Shown: piece by piece, positions 36,666 through 47,516 of the stretch
Layout of the letters: each line of letters starts with the position of its first letter
Position numbering within the stretch: position 1 is the stretch's first letter
Assembly (NCBI GenBank): GCA_965644315.1
Contig: CBFFRQ010000062.1
Span: 186,001-250,000, forward strand
Length of the DNA: 64,000 bases
Source of the DNA: Caecitellus pseudoparvulus
Taxonomy: Eukaryota > Protista > Bigyra: Bicosoecida
Reading direction: 5' to 3'
Notes under the pieces: generated by a model
Told to the model about the DNA's origin: nothing
The model's database searches: none
Seen by the model: only the letters and a program-made list of their open reading frames with translations
Made by a program: the position numbers and the translations under genes

Positions 36666-39048
36666 TCACTTGGGCATGCCCTTCTCACACAGTGGCTCGC
36701 CATCCGTGGCCTCTGAGAAAATGGTGTACATGGCAGCCAGCAGCATGAGGCTGTCTGTGGCCACGGCGCGGACGTTGTTGTCGAAGGCGGAGGCGAGGCT
36801 GCGCCCCAGCGCTGCCATGGTCTCATTGGTCTCCTCCCCTGAACAGGCGTCCGACTCGTTCACTGCGAAGATGTAGAAGAAGGCACGGATGCGCCCGATG
36901 ACCATGGTGACCAGCACCACCAGCACCACCTTGATGGCGTTCACCACCAGGGCGATGCAGGTGCTGTAGAAGGCGATGACCACCCGCTGCGTGACGTTGG
37001 TCTTGCCGAAGCAGGTGAGCCCCTGCCCCCGCATGGTCAGGAACATGAGCAGGCTGGTGACAATGGTGATGCCGCTCAGCACCGTCACCGCCGTCGCCAC
37101 GTCCTCCTGTGTGTCTCGCACCTCCTTCAGCGGCTCCAGCACCGCCACCAGCTCGTCCCGCGAGCGGGAGCAGTCGCTGCGCCAGTACGTCTCACGCCGC
37201 GCCATGACGGTCCAGGAGCTGGGCGTGGAGAACACCGTCTCCGTCTGCAGCCCCTCCTCTGTTTCTTCGGCGTCCAGGTCGTCTGTCGTTTCGTCCAGAA
37301 ACGTCTGCAGGCGGTCACACATGGTGGGGCAGGCGACACTGCGGCAGTTGGGGATGAAGTCGCAGTCAGCGCAGGAGATCTGTTGAAAACCCGTGTCATT
37401 CACACGGCTGGTGCACAGCGTCGTGGCGTCGAAGGCGTTGCGCAGCACCGTCACTTCGTCCGCTTTTGCTGCGGGAAACCAGCGCTGGTCCACGTTCGCG
37501 CACGGCTCTGAGTAGTCGTTGATGCCCCCCTGCCCAGGGCCGCTGTAGCCCACGGACACGTCTTGGTCTGCTCCGAAACACACCTGCCCGTTCAGTGCCA
37601 CTTTGTACTGCACAACTGGCTCATTCGCCGCCACACGCGACAGGAGTGCGGCGCCGCCGCCCACTGCCGGAAACGCGGCAACGCTGTGCGTGCTGTTGAG
37701 GGGCAGGGGGCTTCCCGCCTCCACACCCACCACACGGAAGGTTCCATCTTGCACCATTTCCAGGCGAGTCACGCTACTGTTTGCGTAGCCCAGCAGCACC
37801 AGCTCGTCACCGACAACGGGCGCGGGAATGTCGTCGTCAGCCGCCGGCGCAAGCACCTCAGCCACAGTGCCCCGCACAAACACGCCCCTGAGGGGACACG
37901 GCAGGGTCTCTTCGAAACACATGGCTCGATTCGCTTCCCACGACGCTGTGGCAAAGGCGTCTGCCCCCCCACCGCACACGCGAAAGCCAGTGGGGCACGC
38001 ACCACCCCGGGGCACAGGTCGCTCCGTGCCGTCCTCCGCGAAGGACGGTGACCCCGCGAAGCGGGCACAGGCGTGGAAGGGTCCGAACCATTTGACCAGT
38101 GGGACAGATGGCAGTGTCGGTCGGGATTCACAGCCGGCTGTGGTGGGGAGTGTGCAGAGCACAGTGCGTTGGGCGGTGAGAATATGGGCACTCTTTGCAC
38201 GGCACACGCACCTGACGTCTGGTTGCCGTCACAGAACTCCGTGGGATCAGAGGCCTGCCGGGCGTTGTTGATGGTGCTGATGGCGTCGGGGGGGCAGGCG
38301 CAGCCGGGGGTGTTTGCGCCAGGCCAGGCGGCGTCAGTCAGCTTCACGTAACCAGTGGCGCAGCTCTGGCTGTTGTGCACGAACGTGACGTCTGCCATGG
38401 GAGAGGCCTGCCAGGAGTCCACGATGGACACGACGTCTTCCACCTTGTCATTCAAAGCTGCGAGTCGGGGGGTGGTGGTGGAAAGTGCGGCAGCAGCAAG
38501 TGCAAAGCGCGTGTAACGCTGCAGCTCGTGGATGGGAGGGAGGCCGCATGCGACCTAACCATGCCAGCAACTGCTCGCGGGGCGCACCACGCACCATCGA
38601 AGGACCTCCAGACACCAGTGATGGAGTTGATGGCGAGGACAATCTTGACAATGGCGATGATGCTGGCCCCGCACGCGCTGCGTGAGAAAATGGTCCAGCG
38701 CTTGCTGCACTTCTTGATGCAGCCAGGGGGCTTGTCCTCGTCGCCTTTCTTGGGGCTCTTGCTGGCAGCAGGGCTTGCAGCACCAGCAGAGGAACGGGAA
38801 TCCATAGATACAGTGGAAGAGGGGGCGACACGGCTGCTGCTGCTGGGCTTGTGGACATAGGCTGGGTTGCGTTGCCCCGCCATTGGGTTGCCCTGCTGGA
38901 ACTGCCCGCCTTGCTGCGGCGGGTAGCCTTGCTGCGGCGGGTAGCCCTGGTGTGGTGGATAACCCTGCTGTGGTGGATAGCCCTGCTGCGGCGGGTACTG
39001 GATCTGCTGCGGCGGCATGCCTTGGCGTGGTGGATAGTTAGCTTGCAT
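36666..39048 (-). CDS. Uncharacterised multi-pass membrane protein with N-terminal YPPQQG repeats and a Cys-rich extracellular loop; at least 2 introns
   Basis: Pro/Gln/Tyr repeat N-terminus, TM (GASIIAIVKIVLAI), WQASPMADV...WPGANTPGCAC Cys-rich region, three C-terminal hydrophobic helices. Confidence 0.6.
38911..39000 (-). repeat. Five degenerate 18-bp tandem units encoding (G/Q)YPP(Q/H)Q
   Basis: Plus strand ttgctgcggcgggtagcc twice, then ctggtgtggtggataacc, ctgctgtggtggatagcc, ctgctgcggcgggtactg. Confidence 0.9.
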
Positions 39049-39448
39049 GGTGCGGAAGGTGCTGGCTTGGACGGATGACAACAGCTAGCGCAAGACAGGC
39101 AGCCAGGGGGCAAAGCCCTTGCGCTCAGCGAGGTAGTGTTTGGTTTCGTTTTGGCAAGATGGGAAACGTGGTCCTCATCAGTTCTGGGGCCGTATGCGGC
39201 CAGTCTGCGGCCAAAGTGGTCGCGCGAGGCGCATGCCTCACCCACGCACTGTGCCAAACCACAGACACTTTGAGACAAGAAACAAACCACCTCATGTAAA
39301 TCGAGAAGGATAATCTTGCGGTAGTCGAGCCCCCCGCCCCGTTCCTCCCTGGCTTCGACGCTGCACTGAGCAAGCACGCGCTGCGCTGCGGAATTCGCTT
39401 GCGGCAGCTGGCGAGCCAGTCCTCGCAGCAGTTGGCCTGAGCACAAGC

Positions 39449-42400
39449 ATGGCAAGCGGCGGCGAGTGGAGCTTCGAATGCCTCCCCGATACTTCCCATG
39501 CTCACACCATCCGAGTAGGGCTGGGCGTGTCCCGTTCACTCCCTGAGGTGCGCGTGCAGCGAGGGCGCCCTGCGGAACTTCCTGCGCCAGCGCACGGCCG
39601 TGCCCCTGCTCCTCACAGTTCATCACCCACAGCCTGCCAAAGCGGCCCTCCCGCATTGTGATCATCAGTGACACCACTGTGTGGGGCTTGCATGGCGCCA
39701 CCCTGTCCGGGGCCCTCACAGCAGCTGGCCTGGAGTTCGGCGTGTACACCTTGCCGCCTGGCGAGGACGCCAAGTGCCGCGCCTGCAAGGCCCGCGTAGA
39801 GGACTGGATGGTGGCCCAGGGCTGCCGCCGGGACACTCTCGTCATCGCCTTCGGGGGCGGCGTCGTGGGGGACCTGGCTGGCTTCGTCGCAGCGACCTAC
39901 ATGCGCGGCGTGCCAGTGGTGCAGGTGCCCACCACGCTGCTGGCCATGGTGGATTCCTCCGTCGGCGGCAAGACGGCCATCGACATCCCCGCTGGCAAGA
40001 ACCTCGTGGGCGCCTTCCACCAGCCGGCCGCCGTGTTCATCGACCCGGTGTGGCTGGGCACCCTGCCCCCCCGCCAGTTCGCGAACGGCATGGCGGAGGT
40101 GATCAAGACCGCCATCATCGCAGACAGCGACCTGTTCGCCCTGCTGGAGGCGTCCAGCCAGCGCCTGCAGGACAGCCTGGCGCACCTGGCCTCCCCGTCC
40201 CACCCCCTCGCGGCCCTGCTGACTGAGGTGGTGGCCCGCACAGCCGGCCTCAAAGTGCGCGTGGTGAACCAGGACGTCGCCGAGGGGGGCCTCCGCGCCA
40301 TCCTGAACTTCGGACACACCGTGGGGCACGGCATCGAGGCGCTGCTGGCGCCGGGCATGCTGCACGGTGAGGCGGTGGCCATCGGCATGGTGAAGGAGGC
40401 GGAGGCGGCGCGGGACCTGGGGCACACCACGCACGATGTCGTGGCGCGCCTGCTGGCACTGTGCAAGGCGGTGGGGTTGCCCACGGCCGTGCCTGCGGAG
40501 GTGACGGCTGACGCCATCGCAGTGGGCATGGCAGTGGACAAGAAGAACTCTGGCGCCGACACGGACCCCCGGTGTGTCCTGCTGGCGGAGGTGGGGCGGG
40601 TGGTGGGCCCACCCTTTGCCACTGGCGTGGACAGCGCCCTCCTGCGCCGCCTGCTGTCGCCTGGCGTGTCCCTGCCCCTGTCCCCCACCCCTGCAGCCCT
40701 GGGCACCCCCGCCACCCCCGTCGTCGTGCGCGTGCCCGGGTCTAAGTCCCTTACGAACCGGGCCCTGCTCCTGGCCGGCCTGGCGTCAGGCGCCACCACG
40801 CTGTCGGGGGTGCTGCTGTCCGACGACACGCTCGTCATGATCGCTGCCCTGTCGTCCATGGGTGTTCAGTGCCGGTGGGGGCAGGGCGGTGACGGCCAGC
40901 GAACCCTCACCGTGCACGGCACGGGCGGACGCCTGCACTACCCTGCATCCGGCACCATCTCCGTCAACAACGCAGGCACGGCGGCCCGCTTCCTCACCTC
41001 GGCACTGTGCCTGCTGCCGCGGGAGGAGGGCCGCTCCGTGGTGCTGGACGGCAACCACCGCATGCGCGTGCGGCCCATCGGGGACCTGGTGGCCGCCCTG
41101 GGCGCCATGACGCAGCCAGGCACCATCACGTACGAAGGTGAGGAGGGTTTCCTGCCCCTGCGCATCCGGGGCGGGGGGCTGTCAGGTGGCACCGTGTCCA
41201 TGCGGGGCAAGGTGTCCTCGCAGTACGTCTCCTCCGTGCTCATGGCGGGCGCGCTGGTGGGGGGTGAGGGGCCCCCCCTCACGCTGCAGCTAGAGGAGGA
41301 CGTGCCCACCTCCCTGCCCTACATCACCATGACCACCCGCATCATGCAGGCCTTCGGCGGCCACACTGACGCAGAGGCCGCCAACCGGTACACCGTGTGC
41401 GCGCAGCCGTACACGCCACCCGGCGACGGCTCCTTCGCCATCGAACCGGACGCCTCCTCTGCCACGTACCCCGCGGCCTTCGCTGCTGTGACGGGTTCGC
41501 ACGTCTTCCTGCCGGGCCTGCAGCGGGCCACCTCCACGCAGGGCGACGTGGGGTTCCTATCCATGTTGGAGGGCATGGGCGCCACGGTGACCGATGTGGC
41601 ACCATCTTCCGCCTCGGAAGGCGGCGTGCTGGTGTCTGGTCCAGACGGGCCGCTGAAGGCCCTGGGCGAAGTGGACATGGCAGACGCCACGGATGCCTTC
41701 CTGACCATGGCCGCCGTGGCCGCCTGCGCCGTGGGCGAGACGCGCATTGTGGGGGTGGCCAACCAGCGCGTGAAGGAGTGCAACCGCATCGCGGCACTGG
41801 CCACGGAGTTCGCCAAGGCGGGCATTGACATTGCCGAGCTGCCCGACGGCCTGGTCATCCAGGGGCGGGGCGGGGTGCCTGCTCCGCCCCCTCATGAACT
41901 GCAGTGGGTGGGCGTGCACGCGTACGACGACCACCGTGTGGCCATGAGTCTGGCCATCCTCGTCGCTTCCGGGGCGGCGCCTGTGGCGGGCCTCACCATC
42001 GACGATGCGTGGTGTGTGGAGAAGACGTACCCCACGTTTTGGCGGGACTGGACGGTAGTGCTGAGCAGGCCTGCGTGCGGGCCGGCCGAGCCATCCAGTG
42101 CACCGGCCGCACCCGCTGCCTCGGGCGGCCTGGATGCCGCCCTGCCACTGCCCAAGCACTCTGCAGTTGTCATCATCGGCATGCGCGGTGTGGGCAAGTC
42201 CACCCTTGGACGGGCAGCTGCCGCTGCCCTCGGACCTGGGTGGGCGTGCGTGGACTTGGACGACGAAATTTCGTCGCTGGCTGGCGGGCGCACCGCCGCT
42301 GACATCATTCAAACCGATGGATGGGATCACTTCAGACAGCTGGAGGTGGAGGCCCTGCGCGGCGCTGTCACTGCAAGAGTCCCCGTGGCAGGCGCGCCGA

Positions 42401-44502
42401 GCAACCGCAAGCCTGCCAGCGGAACTGTCATTGCCTGTGGCGGCGGCGTGGTGGAGAGCCCCGCTGCACGTGCCCTGCTGTCCTCCATCGCCGTCGGTGC
42501 CGGCACAGAGGCCGGGCGTGTTCCTGTCGTGTGGCTGCGCCGAGACCCAGCGCACATCGCGGGTGAGTTGGGTGTGCCCTTCGCCACAGCCCCAGCGGCG
42601 GAGGAGATCGGCGCGGGTGGCGCAGGCGGCACGGCCGAGCGCCCACACTACGGCGAGGCATTTGGCGACGTGTATCGCCGCCGCGAGCCGTGGTTTGCAG
42701 GCGCTTCCAGTCACACCTTCCACATCCTGCCTCAGGCGCCCGCCAGCGGTGGCTACGACTGGGCCAGTGTGAGCTCTGCCTTTGTGCAGTTTCTGGCCCG
42801 CATTGGCGTCGGCGCCTGTCCCGGCGGCGTGCTGTGCACCCCACCTACACTGCACACCGCCCCCCGCTCCAAGTTCGTCTGCGTCACAGCGGCGGACATT
42901 CCTGCGTGGGTGGCCAGCGCCGACGCCGGCGTGCTGGAGCGCGTGACGGCGGGTGCTGATGCTGTGGAGGTGCGGCTGGACAAGCTGCAGGCGCTGCAAG
43001 GCTTTGCAAGCATGTCACCTGAAACAAAGGCTCTTGCCTTGCAGGTGGCCATGGTGCAGGTGCAGTGGCTGCGGCAGCAACTCGCACCTGAGCTGTCCAT
43101 CATTGCCACAGTGCGGAGCTCGAAGGAAGGGGGCGACTTTGACGTTGAGGAGGACGCAGAAGGCGCTGCCATGCTGCAAGTGCTGCGGGAAGCGGCACGG
43201 CAGGGTGTTGAGTACGTGGACGTCGAGACGTGGGTGCCCAGGGGTGTTCTGGGCGGTTTTCTGCAGCACGTGCAGGCGTTGGGGTCTTTCACACTGGCGT
43301 CGCAGCATTTCCCCACGCGCTGCCCGCCCAAGGCGGAGCTTGCCAGTGCACTGGAGGCGCTGCAGTCACTGGGCACTGATGTGGTCAAGTTGGTGGTGAT
43401 GGCGGAGAAACCGTCTGACGTGCAGGTGCTGGAGGAGTGTGCCGGGGAAGTGCGGGCGGACCTGGCGGCAGCGGGCCGTGGACTGATCACCCTGGCCATG
43501 GGACATGCCGGCAAGCTGTCCCGCGTGCTCAACCCTGTCTTGACACCCGTGACGCACCCAGAGTTGCCTTCGGCAGCCGCCCCCGGACAACTCACAGCGT
43601 CCCGCGTGGCTGCCTTGGCAGCTGAGCTGGGCATCGTCTCGGCGCAAGCCCTGTTCATCTTCGGCTCGCCTGTGGCTGCGTCCCCCTCCCCTGCCATGCA
43701 CACAGCACTTGCCGCATGGCAGGGTGCGCCTTTCACCTACGAGCGCTGCGAAACTGACACCGTGGAGGGTGTGCTGCGAGCGCTGTCTCAACCCGGCACG
43801 GCAGGCGGCAACGTCACAATTCCACTGAAGGAGGCGGTGCTGCCGCATTTGGCCCAGCTGTCTCCCGCTGCCGCCGCCATTGGCGCTGTGAACACGCTGT
43901 CCCGCTTGCCGGAACAGCGTGAGGCACCTGATGCCAAGTGGCCATTCCGGGGTGACAACACTGACTGGCTGGGCATTGCGCGACCTGTGCAAGCTGCGCT
44001 GGCTGCCTTGGGGAGCAGTGCCAGCACGTCAGGGCATGCGTTGGTGCTTGGGGCGGGGGGTACTGCGCGTGCTGCCTGCTTTGCGGCGCGCGCGCTGGGC
44101 TTGACACCGGTTGTGTGGAATCGCACACACGCACGAGCCGTGGCCGTCGCGGGCGATTTCGGTGGCCACGCTGTGGAAGCGCTGGAGGACACAGCAGGCT
44201 CGCAGCTGGCTTCCTTCCAACTGCCTTTCACTGCGGTGCTCAGCACCCTTCCTCCAGGCGTGGAGGTGGCGTTGCCGTCTGCGTGCTTCGTGCGGGGTGA
44301 CACCAAGGCCGTGGCACTCGTCGCAGCCTACACTGGGTCCAGCGGCCTGGCTGGAGAGATGCAAGCTGCTGGATGCCCCGTGGTCCAAGGTTTGGACATG
44401 ATTGTGCACCAAGGTGTCGCCGCCTTTTCAGTGTGGAGCCATGGTCGGGCGGCGCCCGTCCACATCGCCTCGGCAGCCGTGGCCGCAGCTAAACCCGCAT
44501 GA
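39449..44502 (+). CDS. ARO1: Pentafunctional AROM polypeptide (DHQ synthase, EPSP synthase, shikimate kinase, type I DHQase, shikimate dehydrogenase); intron 39548-39618
   Basis: GGGVVGDLAGF, PTTLLAMVDSSVGGKT, LNFGHTVGH; PGSKSLTNRALL, NAGTAARFL, RVKECNRI, YDDHRVAMS; GMRGVGKST; ATVRSSKEGG, AAPGQL; SPSPAMH, NVTIPLK, GDNTDW, LGAGGTAR. Confidence 0.97.
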
Positions 44503-44634
44503 AGCGCTGTGCAAAATACAAGCCCGAGGACGAATTCCGAACCACTGCACTCTTGTTTGAATCTTGCCGTTGCCCCCCACACTTTCTAGCCAGAGCGCAC
44601 GGCGTGCGCACAGCAGTCGCCCTCCGCAGCGTCC

Positions 44635-44643
44635 AATTTCCGC
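44635..44643 (+). promoter_or_regulatory. Recurrent motif AATTTCCGC (representative copy, just upstream of the PHPT1 ATG)
   Basis: One of 8 exact copies found by eye, 7 of them in non-coding DNA. Confidence 0.35.
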
Positions 44644-44649
44644 GGCACC

Positions 44650-45168
44650 ATGGCTAGCTCCGCCTCTCCTGCACCCGCACCTGCCCAAGCTGAGCCGACC
44701 ACCTTGCTGGACAAGGTCTCCGATGTTGATATTGACTCTGAAGGCGTTTTCAAGTGCGTCCATGCTCCCTGGGCTGTGTCACAAAGCCGGCGTGCTGGCC
44801 CTGGCTCACGCACAGCAGCCCGCTTCACGCCAACGCGACATGCGCCCTGCCTCAGGTATGTGCTCATCAAGGTGACAGACACTGGGTCCAGTGAGAGCAA
44901 GTATGTTGTGCGCGGTTACGAGTTCGCGGAGTACCACCAGGATGTGTACGACAAGGCCAAGTCCGACGAGCTGAGGGAGGGGCTGGAGATGCAAGTGGCC
45001 GGCGGCGGGCGCATCCGCCACACACCGCCTGCAGATGAAGCCCAGGGCGAGCTGTTTGTGTATGGGTACAGCGTTGCATTCGGCCGTGCGGAGCACGAGC
45101 AGTCAGTGGCCCTGCTGAAGGCAGCATACCCCGCCTACAAGGTGACCTTCTCGAACGAAGGGTACTAG
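44650..45168 (+). CDS. PHPT1: 14-kDa phosphohistidine phosphatase (Janus/Ocnus family); intron 44754-44855
   Basis: VDIDSEGVFK|YVLIKV, VVRGYEFAEYH, GGGRIRH, VYGYSVAFGRAEH, ends FSNEGY*. Confidence 0.93.
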   Translation: MASSASPAPAPAQAEPTTLLDKVSDVDIDSEGVFKCVHAPWAVSQSRRAGPGSRTAARFTPTRHAPCLRYVLIKVTDTGSSESKYVVRGYEFAEYHQDVYDKAKSDELREGLEMQVAGGGRIRHTPPADEAQGELFVYGYSVAFGRAEHEQSVALLKAAYPAYKVTFSNEGY

Positions 45169-45616
45169 GTGTGCAGTCCGGTGACGGGGCGCTGCGCCAG
45201 CGCTGTCTGGAGGTGTCATGGTGTGCACCAAGGAACGAAAGCTTGTGCTAAGGCGGCTGCGGCATCCCTCCTCGAAATGCCCGCAAGTCCGTGCAATGAG
45301 AGAGTAGCTGCACGGCCGCTTGGTGTCAGCGAAGCATTTTCCAACCAACAAGTAACGCATGTTGAGGCGCGTTGAATGCACTTCCGTGTGCCCATACGTC
45401 CGCACTGCTCCGTGGACAGTGCAGGTTGGGGCGGGTGGCACAGACGCCGGCCTTTTACGGAAACCGCACCATCCCGAAGTGCCCCACCCACTCCCGCACG
45501 TGTCCGCGTCAAGCGGGATGCCACACACGGCACAGTAGCGCATGATTGAGTGATTCAAGAAGCTGCAAAGTTCCTTTAGTTGCTCAAGTCAGAAGTGTAG
45601 CCTGGACGTACAGCGA

Positions 45617-47515
45617 ATGGGTGGAGTCACAGGTGACGTTGGCGCAGGCACAAACCATGCCGTGCTGGTGCTTGCCCTTGGAAGCGTGCTGGCATGGGCA
45701 CTGCTCATTGGCTTGGAGCAGATCCGGCGACACCACATCGCTGCCATTGCCGTGTACCAAAGTAGAAAACGCGCGCAGGGGCGCAGGGGCAAGCGCCGGG
45801 TGCACGCGTGCTCTTTTCGGCAGCTGGTTGACTGGGTGTACATCACGGCAGTGTTGATGCTCATTGTGCAAGTGTTCATGTTTGGTCTGGAAGGGCACGT
45901 GAACTTGGACCCTGTCATGATCGTTTCCTTTCGTCTCCCTGCCGCCATGCTGCAGCTGTGCTGCACTGCAGTATGTCTCAGGTGGCGACGCCTGGTGAAG
46001 CTGCTTCGTGATATGAAGCGCATCAAGTCCCGCCTCGCCATTGGCAAGTATAAGTGGGAGCTGGCAGTGTGTCTGACCTTTCAGGTGGGGCTCATGGCTG
46101 TGTTGGCCTCACGCAGCCTGACTGCGCAGCCTGAAGCAGCCCGCATCGTCTGCGAAGTGCTGGCAGTGGTGTACGGCGGGGGCAACGTCGTGGTTGCACT
46201 GTGGTTTGCGCAGAAACTGTCTGCAGTGCTGTTCGAGACGACGCGCATTCCGCTGCCGGCGCTCATCCGGGCACTCACCTGCCAGTGCCGCTGCCATGCA
46301 GAGCCTCCCAGCTTCCGGAGCCAGAGCTCCGCGGAACTCTCAGGCAAGATGTCCGTCAGTGCCGGCGAGCAGCAACGGGGCATCTTCACAGAGCTGGTGT
46401 CTACGATGGGCCGAGCCCTGCTGCTTTGGACCCTGGCGGGGCTACTGTGGGTCGCCGGCATCGCTCTGGACGCGCTGCAGTACCGTGCTTTGCTGCGGGT
46501 GCCGCACTATGCCGTGGGGGCCTGTGCAGTCGCTGGCAACACGTGCCTCATCGCAGGGCTGTCACAGAGCCTGTGGTCTCAGGGCCCGCTGGCTGACCTG
46601 GGCGATGGCTGCATAGCTTCCGTCGCTGACGTACTTTGTGGCCCCTGCCTCTCTGCCGTGCAGGCCTGTGCCTCCAGCGACGCGTGCCAAGCGTGCCTGG
46701 CGCGGGTGCTGCAGGCGGAAGACATCGCCCACGACGCGCCCGAGGACGAAGCCCTGCCATCTGCGACGCCCACTCCTCGAGGGAGTTTGCAGCCTGCGGA
46801 TCCCCCCTGCGATGGGGGCGGAGAGGGTGAGGAAGAGGACCCAGGGGGGCCGCCGCCAGGCCTGCCTGCAGGCGAACCCACGCTGGAGCCGGCCAGGAAA
46901 CCCACCAGGTCCTTTGCCAGCGTCGCAAGGCTGGTGATGGCAGGGAACCATTGGACCAGCGTGCAGCGGCTGTCCTTCAACGATATTGAAGACGGCAGCG
47001 AATTATTGGCTGGTGCGGCAGGCTCTGACGTGAGTGCTGCTCCAGGACGCCAGCCACAATGGCACAACGCGCTGCGGGCCATTCAGCTGATGCAGAGGGG
47101 TGGTGCAGGCGGGCCAGGTGCGGCAAAGCCGCCCAGTCCACCAACACCTCGTAGGCACAGCCTGGTAGTGAGGACGGCTGCATCGGCTGCAGCAGGCGCT
47201 GCACACAAGCCGCCTTCCCGCGACGCTGCAACGTGGCCTGCCGTACACCGAGCCTCGCGCGTGGCCCGAGCATCACTGGTCAGTGTGGAGTCTTTGAACG
47301 TGACGAGCCCTATATGGAGCCGCGTGCCATCTGTGGGCCGCGGCCCCAGCTCGCGCCACCACAGCATTGCCGTCTCGCCGCGAGGTTCGCGGCCGCCAAC
47401 AGGCGCGCCGCCAACCCGGTCCTTCTCCATTGCCCTGCACGCAGAGGGGCGGGGCGCCTGGATTGCCAGGCGCGATGTGAATGGCCTTCTGGATGAGCTG
47501 AATGCACTGTCGTGA
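45617..47515 (+). CDS. Putative 7-TM (GPCR-like) membrane protein with disordered C-terminal tail
   Basis: Uninterrupted 632-aa ORF with about seven hydrophobic segments in the first ~320 aa, then a P/S/R-rich tail; no family motif recognised. Confidence 0.55.
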   Translation: MGGVTGDVGAGTNHAVLVLALGSVLAWALLIGLEQIRRHHIAAIAVYQSRKRAQGRRGKRRVHACSFRQLVDWVYITAVLMLIVQVFMFGLEGHVNLDPVMIVSFRLPAAMLQLCCTAVCLRWRRLVKLLRDMKRIKSRLAIGKYKWELAVCLTFQVGLMAVLASRSLTAQPEAARIVCEVLAVVYGGGNVVVALWFAQKLSAVLFETTRIPLPALIRALTCQCRCHAEPPSFRSQSSAELSGKMSVSAGEQQRGIFTELVSTMGRALLLWTLAGLLWVAGIALDALQYRALLRVPHYAVGACAVAGNTCLIAGLSQSLWSQGPLADLGDGCIASVADVLCGPCLSAVQACASSDACQACLARVLQAEDIAHDAPEDEALPSATPTPRGSLQPADPPCDGGGEGEEEDPGGPPPGLPAGEPTLEPARKPTRSFASVARLVMAGNHWTSVQRLSFNDIEDGSELLAGAAGSDVSAAPGRQPQWHNALRAIQLMQRGGAGGPGAAKPPSPPTPRRHSLVVRTAASAAAGAAHKPPSRDAATWPAVHRASRVARASLVSVESLNVTSPIWSRVPSVGRGPSSRHHSIAVSPRGSRPPTGAPPTRSFSIALHAEGRGAWIARRDVNGLLDELNALS

Positions 47516-47516
47516 A

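Noticed and set aside
44754-44855. Apparent protein insertions in the ORF track (PHPT1, phosphotransferase 3187-3258, 36078-36146)
   Set aside because: These are stop-free introns of 3n length with GT-AG ends, common at this GC content.
39449-45168. AROM-PHPT1 or other neighbours as a functional gene cluster
   Set aside because: Adjacent genes have unrelated housekeeping functions; proximity is explained by genome compaction.
45160-45180. Blastocystis-style stop codons created by polyadenylation
   Set aside because: Conserved proteins (PHPT1 ...SNEGY*, TBC1D19, AROM) have genome-encoded stops at the expected positions, and I saw no TGTTTGTT motif at gene ends.
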